Positions 27,182 through 36,375 of a stretch of DNA of 64,000 bases are shown here, piece by piece. The stretch spans positions 35,338 through 99,337 of the forward strand of contig JANQNH010000007.1 of assembly GCA_028279655.1 (NCBI GenBank). The letters are read 5' to 3'. Position 1 is the first letter of the stretch, and each line of letters opens with the position of its first letter. This DNA is from Candidatus Nanoarchaeia archaeon (GTDB taxonomy: Archaea > Nanobdellota > Nanobdellia > Woesearchaeales > JACPBV01). The translations under genes and the position numbers were made by a program. Under the pieces are notes generated by a model. That model saw only the letters and a program-made list of their open reading frames with translations, was not told the DNA's origin and ran no database searches.

Positions 27182-27778
27182 TTATTTCCTCCCTAATATC
27201 AAGCTCTTAGGCAGAGCACTAAAAACGATTGCAGCCAAAAACAGAGATACAATCTGGTCAGCAGGGGTTGTTATGAACTTCTCTCCCACAGCCGCTACTG
27301 TCTTGCTTCCTGTAGCCTCTAGCAATGCATCATAGGTTGGCAAAACACCTTCATAGGTCTCTACACCTCCCCAAAAGGCAAACAATATTGCAACTATAAG
27401 CACAGACGAGGTAATACCCACTATAATGGAACTCACCAATAACTTCCCTGGCTTCCTGATGTTAACCCATCCTGCCTTAAACAGGAAATATACTGAGAAA
27501 GCAACCCATATGTTCACAAGAGCCCATATCCATCCGTTTGGATTCTCTGTCCAAACAAAAAAACCCATGTAGAGGTTATATAGTATGCCTCCAACTAGTC
27601 CAACAGACAAACCCCCTGCCATAACCCCAAGAGAAGTCCCCCATGTATCAAGAAAAAAAGGTATCTTAAGGAAAATAGCAACCTTAACAGCTACAAAATT
27701 AAGTATAGCAACAATAGGTATCATTAGTAAGAACAATATCCTTTTTCCAGCAGTAGTACTTAAAAAACTCTTAGCCAT
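27182..27778 (-). CDS. polytopic membrane protein, ECF S-component-like
   Basis: FLDTWGTSLGVMAGGLSVGLVGGILYN resembles S-component core; abuts downstream gene; ATG at 27778 preferred to GTG at 27787. Confidence 0.4.
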   Translation of the reverse strand: MAKSFLSTTAGKRILFLLMIPIVAILNFVAVKVAIFLKIPFFLDTWGTSLGVMAGGLSVGLVGGILYNLYMGFFVWTENPNGWIWALVNIWVAFSVYFLFKAGWVNIRKPGKLLVSSIIVGITSSVLIVAILFAFWGGVETYEGVLPTYDALLEATGSKTVAAVGEKFITTPADQIVSLFLAAIVFSALPKSLILGRK

Positions 27779-27893
27779 ATAAACCACCCCACTTACAACA
27801 GGGAAGAATACTTATTGCTTTATAAAATTATCTTTGTCACAGCCCATTATCGTCTAAACCTTTTTAAAGTCAAAAGTATTCACCTAGTATAAA

Positions 27894-28886
27894 ATGCATC
27901 TAAATGAACTGTTCAGAGAAGTAGTGGGAAAAGGAGACGCAAGCTTAAGGCTCCGCCTGGAAAGATCTGGTTTTCAGAAAAAAACTGCCCAGGTAGATGA
28001 AGACAGGATAAGGATCCCTTCTGACATCCCCACTACTGACTTACTGGCCATATTGGGCTATTCCAAAGATCTTGACGTAGCTCATACATCGTATACTATT
28101 CCAACAGGAAAAAAGCAAGAAGTAGAACTCTTTTATATTCAACACCCCCAAGGAACCGTAGATGATATAGTAGAGATCAAATTCCCAAAAGAAAATCAAA
28201 ATATGCTCCTCTGCACCCACCTTCTCCTAAATACTCAACAAACACAGGAAGAAACCGAGCCAAGACAGATGTACATCTCTGATGGCTCTAGGTATTATAT
28301 ATCACAATCCGACCTAATTGGCCTTATTGATTCCCTTCGGTCCAGGATAGATCGGGAAGAACGAAGCAACAGTACTCCTGACTATTCATTTTATTCCTTC
28401 CTCCACCTGTTAGAGGATACACAAACTGATCTGATAAGAGAACTTATGGATAATGTATATGGGGTAAAATCCCGTCATCCAAGGTCATTGCTTCACTGGA
28501 CCAAAAGACCAAAGGAACTTTGCACACTGGAAGAACAGCTAAGGGCAGTTGAAAGAGTATCTGAGATAGGTGAAAGAAAAGAGCTTAAAAAAATACAAGG
28601 ATTACTCAAATATAAGAAGAACGATCCATCAAAAACCATAAGGCCTATAATGTATCATGAAAATACCCCTGGAGGTTATGAATATACCCTTGAGTTGGAC
28701 TTTTATAATGCAAAGGGTGCTTTGAGGGATGCCCTCGACTACTCAGAAGACATCCGTAGCCCAGATGGACTTATAATGCCTTTCCTAAAAAAAGAGTGGG
28801 ACACATCATTTATACTAAAAGATAACCAAGCCTATCAAAGGATATCCTCTGCTATCACAAAGATGGAATCCAGGATTTATAGGTAA
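27894..28886 (+). CDS. hypothetical protein
   Basis: 330-aa ORF, no family recognised. Confidence 0.5.
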   Translation: MHLNELFREVVGKGDASLRLRLERSGFQKKTAQVDEDRIRIPSDIPTTDLLAILGYSKDLDVAHTSYTIPTGKKQEVELFYIQHPQGTVDDIVEIKFPKENQNMLLCTHLLLNTQQTQEETEPRQMYISDGSRYYISQSDLIGLIDSLRSRIDREERSNSTPDYSFYSFLHLLEDTQTDLIRELMDNVYGVKSRHPRSLLHWTKRPKELCTLEEQLRAVERVSEIGERKELKKIQGLLKYKKNDPSKTIRPIMYHENTPGGYEYTLELDFYNAKGALRDALDYSEDIRSPDGLIMPFLKKEWDTSFILKDNQAYQRISSAITKMESRIYR

Positions 28887-28980
28887 ATTAAACAATAGCT
28901 TTATAAATAAAGCCCCAAACACTATTCAGAATCAAAGCAAAGAGAATTCTATTCTTTTTGAATTTGGAGGTAAATAAAAA

Positions 28981-29172
28981 ATGGAAGGAAAAGTAAAATT
29001 CTTCAATCAGATGAAGGGATTCGGCTTCATCATAGGAGATGACGGAAAAGAGTATTTTGTACACCAATCTGGACTTACCGAAGGGACAGAGATAAACGAG
29101 AACGACGAAGTGACCTTTGAGGTTGTACAGGGCGATAGAGGAGAGAAGGCAGATAAGGTTGCAAAGAAGTAG
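28981..29172 (+). CDS. csp: cold-shock domain protein
   Basis: GKVKFFNQMKGFGFI (RNP1) and EYFVH (RNP2); 63 aa; GGAGG SD. Confidence 0.93.
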   Translation: MEGKVKFFNQMKGFGFIIGDDGKEYFVHQSGLTEGTEINENDEVTFEVVQGDRGEKADKVAKK

Positions 29173-29219
29173 ATCCAGATTACCATAAGATATTACCATA
29201 CAATTAGTGAGGTATTACA

Positions 29220-29645
29220 ATGGCAATTAAAAAAGGAGACAAGATAAAGGTACATTACACCGGCACCTTAGATGATGGTACAGTTTTTGACACATCTGAA
29301 GGCAAGGATCCTCTTGAGTTTGAGGTAGGGACTAGGAAAGTCATCAAAGGATTTGACGATGCTGTTATAGGCATGGAAAAAGGGAAGGAAAAGGAAGTAA
29401 AGCTTAAACCAGAAGATGCCTATGGACCGCAAAACGCAATGCTATTGAAGAAGGTTCCAAGATCCAAGCTTCCTCCAGAGCCAGAACCAAAGGTAGGAAT
29501 GATGCTGGCATTATCCTCTCCTGACGGTCAGCAGATCCATGCAAGGATATCAGAAGTGACTAAGGAAGAAGTCACAATTGATCTCAATCATCCTTTGGCA
29601 GGAAAGAACCTGACCTTTAAGATAAAGGTTATAGATACAGCTTGA
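29220..29645 (+). CDS. FKBP-type peptidyl-prolyl cis-trans isomerase (SlyD-like)
   Basis: VHYTGTLDDGTVFDTS, VIKGFDDAVIGM, DLNHPLAGKNLTF. Confidence 0.9.
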   Translation: MAIKKGDKIKVHYTGTLDDGTVFDTSEGKDPLEFEVGTRKVIKGFDDAVIGMEKGKEKEVKLKPEDAYGPQNAMLLKKVPRSKLPPEPEPKVGMMLALSSPDGQQIHARISEVTKEEVTIDLNHPLAGKNLTFKIKVIDTA

Positions 29646-29669
29646 TTATATTTCTTGATTTTTTGTTTT

Positions 29670-30272
29670 TTATGTATTCCACACATACACATATATCTTA
29701 TTGTGCATTTCCTCACAAGCTTCCTTATATCTAGCAAGAGGATTTCTAAGTTTTTCAAATGCTGCCCCCACTTCATTTATCTCATCCAATCCATCCAAAA
29801 GTGCAAGATATATCTCTGCTTCAGTTTGAGTCTGCTCAAGCACAGCACCATTATCATCACCATTATCCTGTCTAAACTCTAGTTTGTTCTCTAATCCATT
29901 CACTTCCTCTGTTACTCTCCTGATAGCATCAATCGCAGTGTCAATAAACCCTCTTGTTACTTCATAATCTTTAGATATCCAATCCTCACTTACATCCTCT
30001 GCCTCCACTACCCCTTTCTCATCCGAAAAAGAAGTAATACGGATAAGTGTCCTGCCAGAATATAAATCGTTACGATTATCCGATTTTAATAGCAGCTCAT
30101 TTCCATCAGGCATTTTTGCAGAGTATTCATCTCCAAATCCACTTTTTTTAGTTAACGAACGGTAATCATACTGACCGGGCTTAAAATTATATAACTCAGG
30201 ATTAAGAATTAGTCCTACTGGATAATCAATAGATGGAGCAACATACTCTTCCGCTGGTTCAGTATCTTGCAC
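29670..30272 (-). CDS. hypothetical acidic protein
   Basis: 200-aa ORF starting at GTG; in-frame open, highly basic coding-like sequence continues upstream to about 30386 without a canonical start. Confidence 0.45.
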   Translation of the reverse strand: MQDTEPAEEYVAPSIDYPVGLILNPELYNFKPGQYDYRSLTKKSGFGDEYSAKMPDGNELLLKSDNRNDLYSGRTLIRITSFSDEKGVVEAEDVSEDWISKDYEVTRGFIDTAIDAIRRVTEEVNGLENKLEFRQDNGDDNGAVLEQTQTEAEIYLALLDGLDEINEVGAAFEKLRNPLARYKEACEEMHNKIYVYVWNT

Positions 30273-30498
30273 ATCATCAGCAGCCCTTTGTCTAGCTAAT
30301 TCCTGCTTCCATTGCTTGCCTTTTCTAGTTCTGCTACGTACATCATCAAGATGCTTTCTTTCTGCCCTATTCTTCTTCTGTCTGATTCAAATCACCAACC
30401 TAGAAGAACGAATATCTATTTTTAAACCTTTCCCCCAACACATTTATATACCCCAAAGCATTTCCAAGGCCTGAAAAGAGGTTCTTTATAGATTAAAA

Positions 30499-32799
30499 AT
30501 GATAAAGAAACAATTAGAAAACCTAGCAAGTCTTCAGAGGAAACACCCTATTCCCATAATCCTCATTGTATTGACCATAACCCTGTTCCTTGGCTATTAC
30601 GCTTTAAGGGTTGAGACAGACTCCTCCTTTGATGTTCTTTATAGGGAAGATTCAAACACAATAACCCTAGGTAGACTAGTATCGAGTGAATTTGGATCAA
30701 CCGACTCTTTGTTCATACTTGTATCTGTAGACAATGAAGCAAATGATATTGATAGAGTCCAGGATATAAGACACCCTGAAGTTCTTAGGGCAATGATCTC
30801 TTTACAGGAATCCCTAGAAACAGAAACAAGTGTCCACTCCACAATGTCCTTATCCTATGGTTTTCTACAGATGTATGGAAAACTCCCAGATACATTAGAA
30901 GAATCAAAGCAGATGATAGCTAATCTTCCCCAGGAGGTTAGGGAAGGCCCTTTAAACTCAATGCTAAGTAGGGATTTTAGCAATGCCTTAATAGCTGTTT
31001 CGATCAATGTAGAAAAGAAACCAGGGGCTTTGGAAAGGGTAGAAGCAACAGTACGGGATAAAGTACAACAAACCCCTTTCCCCATCGGAGTAAAAGCAAC
31101 TGTAACCGGTATGCCTATACTTATTAACCGAATAATGTGGTTTCTAATTAACGATAATATCAACACAATCGCACTAGCTGTAGTTGCTGTTTTCATAATT
31201 CTTTGGATATACTTCAGATCCTATAAGATTGCCTTCTTCAGCACAATACCTGTTATACTCACCCTAACCTGGCTTTCAGGTACATTATTCCTCCTAGATA
31301 TTAAAATTACAATGATCATAGCATCAGTAGGAGCTATGATGGTGGGCATGTCTGTTGATTATGCCATACATTTAACCCATTCCTATCACGAGCTGATAAA
31401 AAGAGGAGACGAAAAACCTGTAGAAAAGACAGTGGCAGGAGTAGGATCTGCCCTGGTCGCCTCTGTTGCAACAACCATTGCGGGATTCCTGGTCATGCTC
31501 CTTGGATCATCACCAATGGCAATAACCCAAGGAAAAGTCCTTTCAATTGGTATATTCTACGCATTCATAACTTCATTTATTGTCCTTCCGCCTCTAATGA
31601 TCCTGCAAAGAAGGTTCATATACTCCAGACTAGACGAAGTGGTATTTAAGATAAGAGGAAAACAAGAGGAGGAAAAGAAGAACATCATAGATATCTTCCT
31701 AAGCAAGTTAGCCTTGCTTCAGGTAAAAAGGCCTTATTTCATTATAGTGATAGTGGTAATCGCAACAATCCTGCTGGCAGGAGGGTTCGGCCTTGTCTAT
31801 ATGGACACAGAAGGAGAGAACTGGCTGCCTGAAGATGACGATGTTGTAGATTCCTTATTCACAATGGGTTATCATTTCGGAGGAACAGACTCCCAGAATG
31901 TCCTCTTCATGATAGAAAACAGACCGGTTATAGATCCTAATGAGATAAGGGATCTTAGAGATCCAAGGATCCTTAGACCCATGTCCACCCTGGACAGTTC
32001 CTTGAAGGAACTAAAATGGGTTGATGATATAGAATCCCCTACAGTCGCCATAAAGGAAGTAACGAGAAGGATACCTCAGGATATTGAGACAGTAAAGGAT
32101 CTAATAGAAAGAAATCCTCAGATCAAGAATCACTTCAACAAAGATTTCAGCATAGCCCTATACCAGGTTCAATTTACTACAGCAGATATTCCTGAATATT
32201 ATGAACTCCTAAGAGAAATCAATTCCATTCCATTCCCAAAGGAAATAAAGATTATACCTCAGGGAGGACAGGCAGATATGATTGAACTAGATGAATCCTT
32301 ATTAGGAGACACAATGAAAACAACAGTATTGGGTTTTGTAATAGTGATAATCCTAGCAGCTCTCTTCTATACTTCAATAGTTGCAGGATTCCTCGCATTC
32401 TTCCCAATAATATTCGCCATGATGTGGACAGTAGGTATAATGGGATACATCAACCTGCCATTTACTGTCCTGACAACTGGAATGCTTTCAATGCTCATGG
32501 GTATGGGCATTGACTTCTCCATCCACCTTATCCATAGCATCAAAGACCGGATAAAGGAATACAACTCAATAGAAAAAGCAGTACCAGAAGCTCTCCAAAG
32601 CACAGGTAAGGCAGTAGCAATTACGACGCTTACAACAGTAGTAGGATTCCTGGCATTAAGCTTCGCAGCTCTAGTTAACACAAAACGATTAGGCTGGACA
32701 CTTGCAGTTGGTATACTGGCAACCTTCTTTGCCTGCATACTCATAGTTCCAGCGATATTAACAATACAATATAGGATACAACAGAGGAAAAAGAAATGA
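30499..32799 (+). CDS. RND-superfamily exporter, HAE3/MMPL-like
   Basis: 766 aa with two 5-6 TM bundles each following a large soluble loop; GMSVDYAIHL and GMGIDFSIHLIH repeats. Confidence 0.8.
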   Translation: MIKKQLENLASLQRKHPIPIILIVLTITLFLGYYALRVETDSSFDVLYREDSNTITLGRLVSSEFGSTDSLFILVSVDNEANDIDRVQDIRHPEVLRAMISLQESLETETSVHSTMSLSYGFLQMYGKLPDTLEESKQMIANLPQEVREGPLNSMLSRDFSNALIAVSINVEKKPGALERVEATVRDKVQQTPFPIGVKATVTGMPILINRIMWFLINDNINTIALAVVAVFIILWIYFRSYKIAFFSTIPVILTLTWLSGTLFLLDIKITMIIASVGAMMVGMSVDYAIHLTHSYHELIKRGDEKPVEKTVAGVGSALVASVATTIAGFLVMLLGSSPMAITQGKVLSIGIFYAFITSFIVLPPLMILQRRFIYSRLDEVVFKIRGKQEEEKKNIIDIFLSKLALLQVKRPYFIIVIVVIATILLAGGFGLVYMDTEGENWLPEDDDVVDSLFTMGYHFGGTDSQNVLFMIENRPVIDPNEIRDLRDPRILRPMSTLDSSLKELKWVDDIESPTVAIKEVTRRIPQDIETVKDLIERNPQIKNHFNKDFSIALYQVQFTTADIPEYYELLREINSIPFPKEIKIIPQGGQADMIELDESLLGDTMKTTVLGFVIVIILAALFYTSIVAGFLAFFPIIFAMMWTVGIMGYINLPFTVLTTGMLSMLMGMGIDFSIHLIHSIKDRIKEYNSIEKAVPEALQSTGKAVAITTLTTVVGFLALSFAALVNTKRLGWTLAVGILATFFACILIVPAILTIQYRIQQRKKK

Positions 32800-32827
32800 A
32801 ATATTTCTGAAGCCTCGGAGGAAAAAA

Positions 32828-34117
32828 ATGAACAAAATAAAAACAACCCTTTTTTTGGTGCTTGCATTGATCTGCACCACATCAGTCAGCGCACTTGACA
32901 TAAGTGTGAATGACTACGATCCAAGACCAGCAGAAGCAGGAAAAGCTGTTAATGTTTGGTTTAAGATAGATAATCCAAGCAATGATGCTGAAGATAACAT
33001 ATTTGTAGAGATCATCCCAAAAGACGGATTAAAGCTAACACCCGGTGAGCCCTCAAGAAAATCAGTAGGTATAATATCAGCTCGTGGTTCCCAAGTAGTC
33101 CAATTCCGTTTGCTCGTAGAAGACAATGCATTTAAAGGATCCCATGTCATTGAGACAAGATTATCACGAGGTATAAGTGCTGAATTAAAAAGAGACCTTA
33201 CCATAGAGGTAACGGATAAGGACTTCAAGAACGTAAACCTGGAAGTAGGAGACATTGAATCAGACCCATCAAGGATAAAGCCTGATGACGAGAACGTAAA
33301 GCTGGAAGTTACCATACAGAACCTAGGAGATGGTAAGGCTCAGGGAGTAAAAGCAGAATTGATTGGCCTTCCAGAAGGAATAACCCTATCAGAGAGCTAC
33401 TCAGGATCTTCATTATTGGGGAATATAGAAGCAGATTCGACCTCACAAGCTACCTTCTATATAGACGTAGACAAGACAACACAGCCAAAAGAACATCAGG
33501 CGACAATAAAGACGACCTACAAGTTTAAACCAGATGAAGAAGAGGATGATTATGAGTTCGAAGAAGTAGAGATTCCACTGAAGATAGCAGTAAAAGCCGT
33601 CCCAATCTTCAATATCACAAAAGCAGAGCTGTCCCAGGAAATCCTAAAAGCAGGAGACAGAGACATAAGGCTCAGGATAACCGTCCAGAACATCGGAGAA
33701 GAGGAAGGTGAATCAGTAAGGATCAAGGCCTACGGAAAGACTGAGCAGCCATTCTCCTTTGATAAGTCCTCTGACTTCATAGCCCCATTGTTAGAGCCAG
33801 GAGATGAAGGCCAGGGTACATTAGAATTCAAGATAGATGACGAGGCCAATCTCCAGAAGTACTATCTGGATATAGAGCTAAAGACAGTTGTGAATGACGA
33901 TGTGCTTACCTATGCTGAAAAGATACCAATAACAGTGTCAAAAGCAAAGCCAAACAACCCATGGAGGGCAGTCAGCATAGGGGTTGTATTGATAGCAGCA
34001 TTCATAGGATGGAGAGTCTACAGGAGAAGGAAGGCAAAGAAAAAGCCAGAGGCAAAGAAGGTAGAGAGCAGCTACGGAGAGAGCTACCTGAAAAAGATCT
34101 CCAAAGGAAAGAAATAA
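32828..34117 (+). CDS. secreted S-layer-like/CARDB-type repeat protein with C-terminal TM anchor
   Basis: Signal peptide, repeated beta-rich modules (VTIQNLGDGKAQGV, ITVQNIGEEEGESV), C-terminal TM plus RRRKAKKK; the usual partner of archaeal HAE3 exporters. Confidence 0.65.
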   Translation: MNKIKTTLFLVLALICTTSVSALDISVNDYDPRPAEAGKAVNVWFKIDNPSNDAEDNIFVEIIPKDGLKLTPGEPSRKSVGIISARGSQVVQFRLLVEDNAFKGSHVIETRLSRGISAELKRDLTIEVTDKDFKNVNLEVGDIESDPSRIKPDDENVKLEVTIQNLGDGKAQGVKAELIGLPEGITLSESYSGSSLLGNIEADSTSQATFYIDVDKTTQPKEHQATIKTTYKFKPDEEEDDYEFEEVEIPLKIAVKAVPIFNITKAELSQEILKAGDRDIRLRITVQNIGEEEGESVRIKAYGKTEQPFSFDKSSDFIAPLLEPGDEGQGTLEFKIDDEANLQKYYLDIELKTVVNDDVLTYAEKIPITVSKAKPNNPWRAVSIGVVLIAAFIGWRVYRRRKAKKKPEAKKVESSYGESYLKKISKGKK

Positions 34118-34142
34118 ATATTCTTTCTCTTTTTTTATTTCT

Positions 34143-34529
34143 ATGAGAACCATCACAAGAAAGCAGATAGAATCCAAACTAAGAACAATAAACCTGCCAA
34201 GATTCGACCTTATAGTTGCAATAGCAAATGATGGGATAAAACCAGCAGAGATACTAAAAAAACATCTCAGCATACCTGTAGAGACATTATATCTGAACTA
34301 TAGGGACGAGAGGAATAGACCGATAAGGGATGAACCAGAACTAACAAGGCCATTTAAGGAGATAAAAGACAAGAACATACTTATAGTAGATTCTATATCA
34401 AAGACAGGAAAGACACTGGAAAAGGCAAAACATATTCTCAAAAACAACAGCATAAAGACATTTGTTATAAACGGAAAAGCAGATTATTCCTTGTTTGACT
34501 ATGAGGAATGCATTGACTGGGATTGGTGA
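34143..34529 (+). CDS. small phosphoribosyltransferase-fold protein
   Basis: PRPP-binding loop ILIVDSISKTGKTL; 128 aa. Confidence 0.6.
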   Translation: MRTITRKQIESKLRTINLPRFDLIVAIANDGIKPAEILKKHLSIPVETLYLNYRDERNRPIRDEPELTRPFKEIKDKNILIVDSISKTGKTLEKAKHILKNNSIKTFVINGKADYSLFDYEECIDWDW

Positions 34530-34568
34530 TATAGCAAGTTTTTTAAAAAACTCCTTTTTTCCATTTGT

Positions 34569-35003
34569 ATGGAAAATGAAATCCTGATCCAGACAGTTTC
34601 AGAAAGATTAGAATCAATAATAGACAGATATGCTTCTAATTCAGATTATTGTAGGATAAAGAAAGGTGAGCCATGGGGATATGGTGCAGGCAAACAGATC
34701 CTATGGACATTGCCTTATGAACCTGTTGGAGCATCCTGTAGTATCTCCTTCAGATACTATGTTGAGGATAAGTTATTTGGGATAAGCGGAAAAAGGACAG
34801 AGTTCAGTAAAAGGGACCCAGAGGAAAAAAGAAAAGACATGGATGAAGCGCTTGAGGTATTGGAACAAAGAATAAGAGAGATCCCTTATGAATGGAAAAA
34901 GATATTTAAACCACGACTAGGAGGGAAAGATCCACCTAAATACATTGATGATTTACGTAAGATTGTTCAAGCACGTAAAGCTGAAATTATGCAGGAAGAC
35001 TAA
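34569..35003 (+). CDS. hypothetical protein
   Basis: 144-aa ORF, no family recognised. Confidence 0.45.
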   Translation: MENEILIQTVSERLESIIDRYASNSDYCRIKKGEPWGYGAGKQILWTLPYEPVGASCSISFRYYVEDKLFGISGKRTEFSKRDPEEKRKDMDEALEVLEQRIREIPYEWKKIFKPRLGGKDPPKYIDDLRKIVQARKAEIMQED

Positions 35004-36319
35004 TCAAAGAACTCTTTATGCAGGACCTTAACCGCCTTGTCTGCATCTTTCTTATCAACTATAAAGCTGACATTTATCTCGTAAGCTCCCTGTGATATCA
35101 CTTCTACATTTACGTTCTCTTTTCCCAATGCAGAGAATATCCTTCCTGACACCCCGGGAACATTGCTCATCCCCTCTCCTACAACACTCACTATGGATTT
35201 ATCCTTAAATATCTCTACATCAGCCACCCCTTCTAGATCCTCCTTGATCTTATCCAGATCGGCATCATCATCCACAGTAAGAGAGACACTGACCTCAGAA
35301 GTAGATACCATGTCTATGCTCTTCTTGTAATCCTCAAACACAGAGAATATCCTTGACAAAAAACCATAAGCCATAAGCATCCTGGTACTTACAATATGGA
35401 TTAGGGTAATGCCTTTCTTGCAGGCGATAGCCTTGATTATGTCCTTTGTCTTTTCAACCTTCCCAACTATAGTTGTGCCTTTATTTGAAGGTTCAAAGGA
35501 ATTAAGTACCTTGACAGCAAGGTTCTTCTTTATGGCTGGCCATATGGTTTTAGGATGCAAGACTCTTGCTCCAAAATAAGCCAGCTCAGAAGCCTCGTTA
35601 AAACTTACTTTATCGATTGTCCTGGCCTTTTTCACAACCCTGGGATCTGCAGTTAGTATCCCATTAACATCAGTCCATATCTCAGTAACATCTCCCAATG
35701 CAGCACCCAATATTGCTGCAGTATAATCACTTCCACCTCTCCCCATTGTAGTGATATTTCCAGCAGTATCCTTACCTATGAATCCAGTTACTACTGGTAT
35801 CTCCTTTACCTTTGCAAGCTCCATTGCTATCTTCTCTTCAGTATCAGGCAATGGTTCTGCCTTCCCGTAATCAGGTGTAGTTATCATACCTATATCAAAG
35901 GCATCAAAAGCCTTTGCCTTGATCCCTATCTTACTAAGATAAGCAGCAACGATCCTTACTGACATCCTTTCCCCATAACTCTGTACCTCATCCATAAGCT
36001 CAGGATTAGTAAGTTTCATCTCAAATATTTTGTCAACCACCTTATTGTAGCCTTCCAGCTGCTCGTCAACCAGCCCCCCCTCTAATCCAAGCTCCTTTAA
36101 GGTAGAATTGTGTTTTTCTCTCAATTCCTTAAGTTCCTTGCTCACATCCTCACCACTAGCAGCAGCTTTTGCAGTATCTATCAGCTTATCTGTGATTCCT
36201 TTCATAGCAGAAAGAACCACAACAGGCTTCTCGTCTAGTTTGCTCTTGATGATATCACAAACATTCTTTATCCTATCAGAATCACCTACAGAACTCCCTC
36301 CAAACTTCATAACTACCAT
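35000..36319 (-). CDS. lysC: aspartate kinase with tandem ACT domains
   Basis: VMKFGGSSV, GRGGSDYTAAILGA, TDVNGILTADPR, C-terminal ACT repeats. Confidence 0.93.
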   Translation of the reverse strand: MVVMKFGGSSVGDSDRIKNVCDIIKSKLDEKPVVVLSAMKGITDKLIDTAKAAASGEDVSKELKELREKHNSTLKELGLEGGLVDEQLEGYNKVVDKIFEMKLTNPELMDEVQSYGERMSVRIVAAYLSKIGIKAKAFDAFDIGMITTPDYGKAEPLPDTEEKIAMELAKVKEIPVVTGFIGKDTAGNITTMGRGGSDYTAAILGAALGDVTEIWTDVNGILTADPRVVKKARTIDKVSFNEASELAYFGARVLHPKTIWPAIKKNLAVKVLNSFEPSNKGTTIVGKVEKTKDIIKAIACKKGITLIHIVSTRMLMAYGFLSRIFSVFEDYKKSIDMVSTSEVSVSLTVDDDADLDKIKEDLEGVADVEIFKDKSIVSVVGEGMSNVPGVSGRIFSALGKENVNVEVISQGAYEINVSFIVDKKDADKAVKVLHKEFFD

Positions 36320-36375
36320 TATATTTAAGAAAACTTAGAGCTTATTTAAAAATGTTATGGTATAATAATAACAAT

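Noticed and set aside
28888-29199. 103-aa minus-strand ORF overlapping the cold-shock gene
   Set aside because: It is antisense to an unmistakable CSD gene that has its own RBS. The translation looks hydrophobic and random.
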